Part shown: piece by piece, positions 40,806-49,145 of the stretch
How the letters are laid out: each line of letters opens with the position of its first letter
Position numbering within the stretch: position 1 is the stretch's first letter
IMG/VR virus record: IMGVR_UViG_641736216_000007
Strand: one strand, 5' to 3'
From: a virus
Taxonomy: Duplodnaviria; Heunggongvirae; Uroviricota; Caudoviricetes
Length of the DNA stretch: 64,000 nt
Program-made: the position numbers and the translations under genes
The notes under the pieces: model-generated
Database searches by the model: none
The model's input: only the letters and a program-made list of their open reading frames with translations
What the model was told of the DNA's origin: nothing

Positions 40806-42476
40806 CTATTTATTTTCCAAATATTTTAAAAAATTTAAATACTCATCTTTTCGAGAACTTAAGATATAATATTTAAAAATATTTTCATCATTTACCAACA
40901 TCTTATAAAAATCTTCTACCTTAATTATTTCATCACACTCAAATACTAAATACCAAATATGGTCAAGTTTAAAGGCATTTATTTCTTCATGTCCATTACT
41001 ATTTTTAAATATCTTCTTTTCTATCTTATTTTTCAACTTAAGTTTTTTCAAATTTTCTTTTTTGTTTAATTCATTTAACATATCATCTTTAATAAAACTT
41101 AAGTTGACTAAGTCTCCTTTTATTGCTTCTATACATACTTCTACTGTTTGCTCTTTTACGTATTGAAAAGCTCTTTTGTCATTTTTAGTAGCTTCAAGAC
41201 AAATCTCCTCCGTTTGTTCTTTTACATACATTAAATACCATCCTTTTTGTTTTACTGCTTCTAAACATATTTCAGGTGTCTGTTTTTTTACATCTCTAAT
41301 CGCAAATCCATCTTGTCTTACTGCTATTAAACATATCTCTTCGGTTTGATTTTCCACATATTGTAAAATCATACCATTTTTTTTAACTGCTTCTTTACAT
41401 ATATCTTCTGTTTGCTTATTTACATATTTAAGAGCTTTACCATCTTGTCTTACTGCTATTAAACATATATTATGAGTTTGTTCTTTAACATACTTTAAAG
41501 CCAAACCGTTTTGTTTTACTGCTTCTATACAGATTTCTTCTGTCTGCTCCTTTACATACTCAAGAGCTAAACCGTTTTGTTTTACTGCTTCTATACAGAT
41601 TTCTTCTGTCTGCTCCTTTACATACTCAAGAGCTAAACCGTTTTGTTTTACTGCTTCTATACAGATTTCTTCTGTCTGCTTCTTTACATACTCAAGAGCT
41701 AAACCATTTTGTTTTACTGCTTCAAGACATATTTCTTCCGTCTGTTCTTTTACATACTCAAGAGCCAAACCATTTTGTTTTACTGCTAATAAACAAAGTT
41801 CTTCTGTTTGCTCTTTTATATATATTAAAGCTAAGCCATCATTTTTTACTGTTTCTTTATAAATTTCTTCTGTTTTGTTTTTTATAAAAAGCAAAGCTGA
41901 AATATCTTGTTTAATAGCTTCTATATAAATCTTATTTTTTTGCTTTTCTGTAATAAAAAATGAATCAAATTTTGCATATTGTAAAGCTAATCCATTTTGT
42001 CTTACTGCTATTAGGCATAAATTATAGTCCTGTTTTTTTATATCTTCTAAAATATATCCATTTTGTTTGACTGCTTCAGTGAATATATTATATATCTGTT
42101 CATCTGATAAATTTAATTTATTAAAATCTACAGCTTTTAGAGAAAATGCATTTTGTCTTACTGCTTCAAGACAAATTTCTTCTATTTCTTTAGCTGACAA
42201 ATTAAGTTCATTAAACTTTATATACTCAAGTGCATACCCATGTTTTTTAACTGCCTCTATACATATCTGTTTAATATCTATATCCGATAAGGCATATTTT
42301 TTAAAATCCACATATTTCAATTCTAAACCATTGTTCTTTACAGCACTTAAATATAAATTAAATACTTGTTCTTTTGTTAAATCTAATTTATTAACATCTA
42401 CAATATTTAAACTTTCTTTTTGTTCTGTAATTCTTACTAAATAGTTTTCGAATTTTTTACTATTCATATAATTCAC
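40806..42476 (-). CDS. DUF4116-type repeat protein (556 aa). N-terminal ~36-aa repeats, then 22-aa repeats and a distinct C-terminal domain.
   Basis: About 20 repeats, including four near-identical QTEEIC(L/I)EAVKQNGLALEYVKE units. SD AGAGGGAG and ATG at 42476. Confidence 0.65.
   Translation of the reverse strand: MNYMNSKKFENYLVRITEQKESLNIVDVNKLDLTKEQVFNLYLSAVKNNGLELKYVDFKKYALSDIDIKQICIEAVKKHGYALEYIKFNELNLSAKEIEEICLEAVRQNAFSLKAVDFNKLNLSDEQIYNIFTEAVKQNGYILEDIKKQDYNLCLIAVRQNGLALQYAKFDSFFITEKQKNKIYIEAIKQDISALLFIKNKTEEIYKETVKNDGLALIYIKEQTEELCLLAVKQNGLALEYVKEQTEEICLEAVKQNGLALEYVKKQTEEICIEAVKQNGLALEYVKEQTEEICIEAVKQNGLALEYVKEQTEEICIEAVKQNGLALKYVKEQTHNICLIAVRQDGKALKYVNKQTEDICKEAVKKNGMILQYVENQTEEICLIAVRQDGFAIRDVKKQTPEICLEAVKQKGWYLMYVKEQTEEICLEATKNDKRAFQYVKEQTVEVCIEAIKGDLVNLSFIKDDMLNELNKKENLKKLKLKNKIEKKIFKNSNGHEEINAFKLDHIWYLVFECDEIIKVEDFYKMLVNDENIFKYYILSSRKDEYLNFLKYLENK
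41518..41781. repeat. Four tandem 66-bp repeats (22-aa unit). Copies 1-2 are identical and copy 3 differs by 1 nt.
   Basis: Unit ACTGCTTCTATACAGATTTCTTCTGTCTGCTCCTTTACATACTCAAGAGCTAAACCGTTTTGTTTT at 41518, 41584, 41650 and 41716. Confidence 0.85.
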
Positions 42477-42488
42477 TCCCTCTAAATG

Positions 42489-42749
42489 TTATTTACCTGA
42501 TAGTATATTTAATTTCTTTATTTCTTCTTCTGTAAAGTCAACCTCTTCCCATTTTATACAATCTATAGCATCTTTATCTTGCTCAATAGCTTTTAAACAT
42601 ACTAAATATGTCTGCTTGTCTACAAATTGTAAAGCTTTTCCATAAATGCTAACAGCATCCAAACACATTTCTTCTGTTTGATCTTCTGAACTTGCTAATA
42701 ATCTTATGACCCAAGCATTATTCTTACTCATATTTCTACCTCTCTTCAT
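42489..42749 (-). CDS. Small DUF4116-type protein (86 aa)
   Basis: QTEEMCLDAVSIYGKALQFVDKQTYLVCLKAIEQ. A separate gene lying 12 nt upstream of 40806..42476. Confidence 0.45.
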   Translation of the reverse strand: MKRGRNMSKNNAWVIRLLASSEDQTEEMCLDAVSIYGKALQFVDKQTYLVCLKAIEQDKDAIDCIKWEEVDFTEEEIKKLNILSGK

Positions 42750-42867
42750 TTTATTTATATAAAAACTTTTTAAATTTAACTATTATACTATAAAATTAAT
42801 AAAACTATAATGTAAACAATCTCTTTTTTATAATAACAAAAAAAGAGATTGTTTACATTTTTATTTA

Positions 42868-43482
42868 TTAAATTTGATCTATACAAAGCTTTATATATTC
42901 ATACGTTTTGGGATTGTTTAATAATAATCTTTCTGGATTTATTAGATATTCTTCAAAAGATTGAGCAAAGTATTCAGACACATTTCTTAAATAATAGCTT
43001 TTATCTTTATCTTTATTTAATATTAAATTGTCTTTTTCTCTTTCATATATTTTAATAAATTCATTTTTATCCATATAAGATATTTCATCTACAAAATGCC
43101 CAAATTCATGTAATAAAGATTGTTCTGCCCAGTCTTTATTACTACTTAAATGTATTGTTTTATCAAAATAAACTCCAGACAATATGTAATTACTCAAAAA
43201 TCTTTCTTGAAGAGATTTATTCGTTATTTCTATTTTCATTTTATTTTCTATAAATTTCTCTATAATATTTTCAGGAATAACATCAAGATATTTATATACT
43301 TTGAATTGAGTATTGTAATCAACCCCATCTAACTCTATAAAAGAACTATAATCAAAAGCTTCACTTCTTATATGTTCTATTTCCAAGTCGGAAATTTCTT
43401 TATCTCTATAAGCATTAACTTCTGAGCTACAACTTATAAATAACAAAAATACAGTAATTATAAATTTAATTTTATTTAGCAT
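42868..43482 (-). CDS. Secreted zinc metalloprotease of the anthrax-lethal-factor-like / Pro-Pro endopeptidase (PPEP/Zmp1)-like family
   Basis: Signal peptide. HEFGHFVDE HEXXH motif with a downstream SEYFAQSFEEY (third-ligand Glu region). About 200 aa, like C. difficile Zmp1. Confidence 0.55.
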   Translation of the reverse strand: MLNKIKFIITVFLLFISCSSEVNAYRDKEISDLEIEHIRSEAFDYSSFIELDGVDYNTQFKVYKYLDVIPENIIEKFIENKMKIEITNKSLQERFLSNYILSGVYFDKTIHLSSNKDWAEQSLLHEFGHFVDEISYMDKNEFIKIYEREKDNLILNKDKDKSYYLRNVSEYFAQSFEEYLINPERLLLNNPKTYEYIKLCIDQI

Positions 43483-43635
43483 TAAAATAATATCCCTTAA
43501 TTAAAAATTATTAAAGGTATCTCCTTTCTTTATATGATTTTTATATTATAGTTTTTCAATTACTTTTTATTAAAAGTAATTGAATGACAACAAAAAGACA
43601 CTCTTATAATTAAAGAGTGTCATCTAAATAAAATC

Positions 43636-44070
43636 CTATATTATTCTTTTTGAATCAGCATTAATATCACAACCTACTTTTTCCCAGTTAAAATTTTTTA
43701 AAACTTCTTTGTCCTGTTTAACAGCTTCAAAACATAAATTCAACTTTTCTTCATCTGAAAAATTAAATTGTTCCCATTCTATATAAAATATAGAATGGCT
43801 GTTTTGTTTTACTGCTTCTAAACATAATTCATATACTTGTTTTTTTGTTAAATTTTTAAAATCTATAAATTTTAAAACCAATCCACTTTGTCTTACTCCT
43901 TCAAGATACAACATATATATCTGCTCTTTAGACAAATTAATATCATTCCATTTTATATCCTGTAAAGTAAATCCATTTTGTTTAACTGCCACCAAACATA
44001 TTTCATATGTTTGGTGGTCTACATGTTTTAAATAACTACTGAATCTACTTACTTTTTCAAAATCATTCAT
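43636..44070 (-). CDS. DUF4116-type repeat protein (144 aa)
   Basis: CLVAVKQNGFTLQDIKWNDINLSKEQ, CLEAVKQNSHSIFYIEWEQFNFSDEEKL. Terminator at 43597-43621. Confidence 0.5.
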   Translation of the reverse strand: MNDFEKVSRFSSYLKHVDHQTYEICLVAVKQNGFTLQDIKWNDINLSKEQIYMLYLEGVRQSGLVLKFIDFKNLTKKQVYELCLEAVKQNSHSIFYIEWEQFNFSDEEKLNLCFEAVKQDKEVLKNFNWEKVGCDINADSKRII

Positions 44071-44602
44071 ATTATCTTCTCCTTTTTTATTAGTTATTTA
44101 TATAAACTTATATTTTGTTTATTATAGATTTAGCTTAAATTTTATATAATTAGATACTTTAATAAAAACAAGAAAAAGACTACTTTAAGCTTAAAGTAGT
44201 CTTTTTCTTGTTAATTATTTATATTTGTATATTACATTATTGTCTACCAATTTCTTTAATAATTTTTCTATAAACAGCTTCCAAGAATTTTATTTTTATA
44301 TTTCTAAAATCAATCTCATTCAGGCTCTTTCTAACCAAGCCCTTACATACCTCAAAAAAATGTATTCTCTATTAAAATCATATACTCCAATAAGATTTTT
44401 CTCTTTAAATGGGTTAAAATACTTTTCATTTTCTTGCTTAATAGGTAAAAAATATGTTTCTATTCTGACTTAACTTTTAAATATACTGCACTTTCTCTAT
44501 TTTTTCATTTATTGTATGTTTTTCTTGATAAAATATTTTATATAAACAATAAACAACTTATATTTAATCATAATTTATAAGGATTTTTATTTATACTAAT
44601 AA

Positions 44603-45025
44603 CTAAATATTAGATTTTTTCATTAATAATCTTTTTTTATTTTTAATAAACTCTTTAGAATAAACTTCTAAAAATTTCACACTTTCATCTCTATATAGTT
44701 TCGAAAATAAACTTAATGCTATTTTTTCTTTTTTTATAATTCTAACACCTATATCTTTATCATCAAAACACATTATTTCATTAAATAAACTCTCATAAAA
44801 ATCAGAATTTTTTTTATAATATTCATCCTTATGATGTTCTTGCAAGAATTTATTAATTGTATATATATATCCTTCATATTCAAATTCAATTTGATTTTTA
44901 TTGCAAATTAATATTGATTTATTTATATCTACAGCTTTTTTAATATTATTCATTAACTCATTTTTTATTTTGTCACTTTTATGAAATTTAAAGTTTACTA
45001 TTTTCTTATATCTACTTAAAATCAT
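44603..45025 (-). CDS. Hypothetical protein (140 aa)
   Basis: Intact ORF. Confidence 0.4.
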   Translation of the reverse strand: MILSRYKKIVNFKFHKSDKIKNELMNNIKKAVDINKSILICNKNQIEFEYEGYIYTINKFLQEHHKDEYYKKNSDFYESLFNEIMCFDDKDIGVRIIKKEKIALSLFSKLYRDESVKFLEVYSKEFIKNKKRLLMKKSNI

Positions 45026-45043
45026 ATTTACCTCTTATAAAAA

Positions 45044-47095
45044 CTATTGTAAGCTTTCTTCTGTTACATTTATTATTTCTTCTTTTAAATCTATTGGATT
45101 ACCTATCTTCTCTTTTTTTAGATATTCATTGCTTTCCAGTTTATTTAGTGTAACTAATTGGACAAGATTGCCTAATGAATTACAGCTATCCATATTTCCA
45201 TTAGATATAACATTTTTAGGGACTATATCAACGTTTCCTTCTTTTATAGCTTCTGCAACTGCTATAGCAATTTCCTTTGTTATTAGAAGCTCTGCACTAC
45301 CATAAGCCTTTGCTTTTTCTCGATTGGCTGAAGCTATCGCTTTACCTACCTTTTCTTCTTTTTGTGCTTCTGCTTCTGCTAACGCTTTAATACTTTCTGC
45401 TTCTGCCTTTGCTTTTTCTGAAATTCTATATATCTCAGCTTCTACTTCTTTTTCTTTAATATATAGTTTTGAATCTGCTTCTATTTTATTTTGCTCTGCT
45501 TTTATCTTTGCCACTGCTTTTTGTGCTTCTGCATTATTTTTTTCTATACTAATATGGACTTCTGAACTTGTTAGATTATCTTGTTCATTTATTTTAGATT
45601 GTAGTTCTCTATATTCTCTTTCCTTTGCAGATGCTGTTTTTTTGGCCTCATATGTTTCAACTTGCTCTTTTGCTAATTGTCTATCTGCTAACTGTTCTAT
45701 AAGGGCTAATATCCTTTCATCCCCATTTGCTTTAGGAGTATCTATTAAAACTTCTTCTAATTCCAAATTAAATTTTTGAAATTCTTCTTTCATTATTTTA
45801 TACGACTCTTGGCTTATCTCTGTTTTATTTTGTAGTAACTCTAAAAAAGTTTTTGTCTCTGCAACTTGTTTAAAATAAGCAGATATAATAGGATCTAAAG
45901 TCTGGTCAACTAACTTTTGTACTGAACCAAATCTTTGTATTACAAGTGGTGCTTTTTTATAATCAATGTGGACTACTACTGAAAGTGGCAATAATGGTTT
46001 AAAACCATCTTTGGTAATAACACTTAATTCTTTTAAATGTCTATCATATTCATATTGGCCACATTCATCGCCTCTCCACTTTAACGCAAAGTTATCAGTT
46101 GGAATCTTTTCAATTGAGCCAGAATAAATATTAAAAGCATATTTGCCTGGCATTAAAGGATTTTTAAGTATCCCTCTGCATCCATCTTCTACTAACTCTC
46201 CATGAGTGTAAGATTTGCCAGAAACATCTTCTCCTTTTTGTCCAATATAAGAACAAACTACCCCAACTGAACTTATTTCTATTTCTTGTTTGGGTACAAT
46301 TTCAATTGATGCAAAAAGACGATTTATTACATATACCCCTTCTGTCAATACTTCATATTGTCTACCTTTATATCCTCCAGCTTTTAAAAATGCTTCTATA
46401 TCTTGGAATGAATTGTGGTATAAGTCAGGATTATTTTCATCATCTCCAACTATTGGTGCAATTAGATCTCCTTGCTTTAATGCTTTTCCTTCTTTAGTTA
46501 CTACAATTCCAAGATTATCTTCTTTATCATCAATGACTATTGGGTCAAAGCCATTTTTCTTAATTAACTCATCTTTCATCTTTTTGATATCTTCAATTTC
46601 TTTTTTATCTCCTATATTTAAAAAATAAGTTTCATTTTTTGTTAAGATTATAAATTCAGCTAAATTAAAAGCATAGGTTCCTTCTCTTAAAACAACTCTT
46701 TGAGGTCCTTTTTGACCTCCATTTTTCAAAAATGTTTTTGTATCTTGAAAATCATTACATGACACTGCTCTACCCAATATTTGCCCATTTTTTAAACTTT
46801 CACCTGAACGTGCGAAAACATAACCAATCTGTCCTTGTTTTATTGTAACTAATGGCTTTTTATGAACTTTGTAAAAAAGTCTATTCTTAAAATGTAATCC
46901 TGTTCTAAGAATATCAGCTTGAAAACCAGCTTCTCCATTTAAAGCTATAAGTTCACCTTCTTTTAAAAAGTTCTTTGAAAATTTTTTTTCAACAATTCCT
47001 ATTTCTCCGCTTCCGATAATCCTTGGTCCAATTAGTATAATCCCTAAAAATATGCAAATTACTAATGTAAATACAATAACCATAATATCAATCAT
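45044..47095 (-). CDS. Flotillin-like SPFH/band-7 protein
   Basis: N-terminal TM segment, then SPFH domain, then a long Ala/Glu/Lys-rich coiled coil (AEAEAQKEEKVGKAIA...). Best start is the ATG at 47095 with SD AAAGGAGAAAAA. The track ORF extends to 47167 but overlaps its own promoter (47136-47164). Confidence 0.7.
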   Translation of the reverse strand: MIDIMVIVFTLVICIFLGIILIGPRIIGSGEIGIVEKKFSKNFLKEGELIALNGEAGFQADILRTGLHFKNRLFYKVHKKPLVTIKQGQIGYVFARSGESLKNGQILGRAVSCNDFQDTKTFLKNGGQKGPQRVVLREGTYAFNLAEFIILTKNETYFLNIGDKKEIEDIKKMKDELIKKNGFDPIVIDDKEDNLGIVVTKEGKALKQGDLIAPIVGDDENNPDLYHNSFQDIEAFLKAGGYKGRQYEVLTEGVYVINRLFASIEIVPKQEIEISSVGVVCSYIGQKGEDVSGKSYTHGELVEDGCRGILKNPLMPGKYAFNIYSGSIEKIPTDNFALKWRGDECGQYEYDRHLKELSVITKDGFKPLLPLSVVVHIDYKKAPLVIQRFGSVQKLVDQTLDPIISAYFKQVAETKTFLELLQNKTEISQESYKIMKEEFQKFNLELEEVLIDTPKANGDERILALIEQLADRQLAKEQVETYEAKKTASAKEREYRELQSKINEQDNLTSSEVHISIEKNNAEAQKAVAKIKAEQNKIEADSKLYIKEKEVEAEIYRISEKAKAEAESIKALAEAEAQKEEKVGKAIASANREKAKAYGSAELLITKEIAIAVAEAIKEGNVDIVPKNVISNGNMDSCNSLGNLVQLVTLNKLESNEYLKKEKIGNPIDLKEEIINVTEESLQ

Positions 47096-47135
47096 TTTTT
47101 CTCCTTTTTTGAATTTTTTTATTATTTTTAATATA

Positions 47136-47164
47136 AATATATACTTTTTATTGTTTATAGTCAA
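47136..47164 (-). promoter_or_regulatory. Promoter TTGACTATAAACAATAAAAAGTA-TATATT
   Basis: -35, 17-nt spacer and -10 on the minus strand. Shares the 20-nt motif with 2781-2804, 20118-20144 and 23460-23488. Confidence 0.5.
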
Positions 47165-47198
47165 CAAAATTGCAAATTTATTTTTATGAAAATATTTT

Positions 47199-47534
47199 TT
47201 ATTTATTATTATAAATCCATACCCCTAAAAAACAACCAAGCTTCATAAAAGAAAAATATATTAATAAAAATATAAGATTTTTACATTCTAAAGAAATAAT
47301 TAATAGAGATATATAAGTTACAAAAGGGAAAATTAAAAAACTTTCATTTAAATTTTCTTTTTGTATCATGAGACCTTGTATAAAGAATAAAATAGGTAAC
47401 ATAAAGATGTTTAAAATAATTGATATTTGATTTATGCTATAAGCTGAAGTATTATTGATATTTATTTCTAAAAATAATATAGATAAAACAATTATAATTG
47501 ATGGTATAAATTTTCTCATAACGTCTCCTTTCAT
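47199..47534 (-). CDS. Small membrane protein (111 aa)
   Basis: Three hydrophobic segments. Confidence 0.3.
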   Translation of the reverse strand: MKGDVMRKFIPSIIIVLSILFLEININNTSAYSINQISIILNIFMLPILFFIQGLMIQKENLNESFLIFPFVTYISLLIISLECKNLIFLLIYFSFMKLGCFLGVWIYNNK

Positions 47535-47698
47535 TGTTTGTTATTATATCTAATTCATTATATAAAATGTTTACATTAATATAAGAAACAACGTAATAAT
47601 AGATTGCAAAATATATTTTATCTTCTAAATTAAAAAAGGTTAACACTATAATTTGGCGAATAGATTTAAATAGTTATTTTTTATAAAGGGTGATTTGA

Positions 47699-48904
47699 TT
47701 GAGGATAAAAAACTTTTTTAATATATTTAGGAAAAAAAGCTCTAAAGAAAAGCACATTAAAGTAATTGAAAGTTTAGATATTATACAAAGAATAATATCT
47801 GTAAAGTTTTTGGATGAATATATTTTAATTAATATTATTTTAAATTTAGATGATGAAATAATACTAATACATAAAATTTGCAACTCAATATGCCGTACTA
47901 ATTATAAATTTTTAGTTGATAATTCATATATATGCTTTAAATGTCATTCAATTTATTTAACTAATAAACTAAATAAAAACTTGCTTCTTTATTTTGACTA
48001 CAAATATGAGTTATTAGAAGCAGTTACAGATTACAATAAACCTGTAATGTTAATGCATAAATCATGTAAGAAAGTTTCTTATGTGAAACCTTCAGATGTA
48101 ACGAGAGATTATTACTGTAAATTTTGTAAACCTATTAATACACTTCCAAGATTTAAAGAGAAGGTATTAGAACTTACAGGTAATGAGTATGAAGTAACAG
48201 GTAGATTTATTTCAGCAAGTGAAAACATTTTAATGAAGCATACAAAATGCAATAAGGAATTTTTAGTTACTCCTCATGAATTCATTACTGGGAAAAGATG
48301 TCAGCATTGTTTAATAAAAAAGAAAACTGAAAGATTGCAAAAAAGGATATTTGAAAATTTTTCAGATGAATATATTCTAACGAGTAATTATAATGGGTTT
48401 TATGGAGAAGTTGAGATTTTACATTCTAAATGTGGATTTAAGTTTAAAACAGCACCTTATTTCTTAGAATTCAAAGAAAAGTGTAAAGTTTGTTCTCAAG
48501 AAGATTATTTAAAACAACTTAATAAAAATAATAATCTATCACAAGAAGATATTTTTAAAAAAGATATTTATGATTTTTCTAATAAAGAATTAATAGTATT
48601 AGATATGGAAGAAAAGCAATTTAGTGTATTTGAAAAAAGTTCAAAAGAAGTTTTTATTTTAGAAAAAGAAGCTTTTCTTAATCTTGAAGATAAAAATAAT
48701 ATCAAATATACTTTCATTAACTATCTATTATTAAAAAATAATCTTAACAGATATGTACTTGTCTCTGATTATGTAAACTTATTGACATATACAAAGTTTT
48801 TATGTAAAGAATGTGATAACTTGTTTTTAGCAAAACCAATAGATATAATAAATAGAAATAAAAAATGCCCAATTTGTAATGAAAAAATACATGTGAATGC
48901 TTAA
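47699..48904 (+). CDS. Protein with five tandem zinc-ribbon-like modules (401 aa)
   Basis: Repeated H.(K/S)C...f...P.......C..C units (HKSCKK...CKFCKP; HTKCNK...CQHCL; HSKCGF...CKVCS; CKECDN...CPICN). Terminator at 48911-48958. Confidence 0.5.
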   Translation: MRIKNFFNIFRKKSSKEKHIKVIESLDIIQRIISVKFLDEYILINIILNLDDEIILIHKICNSICRTNYKFLVDNSYICFKCHSIYLTNKLNKNLLLYFDYKYELLEAVTDYNKPVMLMHKSCKKVSYVKPSDVTRDYYCKFCKPINTLPRFKEKVLELTGNEYEVTGRFISASENILMKHTKCNKEFLVTPHEFITGKRCQHCLIKKKTERLQKRIFENFSDEYILTSNYNGFYGEVEILHSKCGFKFKTAPYFLEFKEKCKVCSQEDYLKQLNKNNNLSQEDIFKKDIYDFSNKELIVLDMEEKQFSVFEKSSKEVFILEKEAFLNLEDKNNIKYTFINYLLLKNNLNRYVLVSDYVNLLTYTKFLCKECDNLFLAKPIDIINRNKKCPICNEKIHVNA

Positions 48905-49145
48905 TAATATAAAAATACCTATTAATACTTTTTACAGTAATCAATAGGTATTTTTTTGATGTTATATATTTAGAGGGGTAAAATATATAACATTTGTCCA
49001 TGAACTCTATATATTACACAATAGTTACATTTATAATAAATAAACCTTGTACAATAACAATATTTTTTATATATTCACTTGAATGTTATAAAAGAAGTAT
49101 CTTTTGTATAGTATGTAGTATTAAAAATAAGAAAGGGGCTAAGTT

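Noticed and set aside
45044-47167. Longest-ORF start for the flotillin gene at 47167
   Set aside because: The N-terminal 24 codons overlap a consensus promoter (47136-47164) and lack an SD. The ATG at 47095 has a perfect AAAGGAGAAAAA SD, so the shorter start is preferred.
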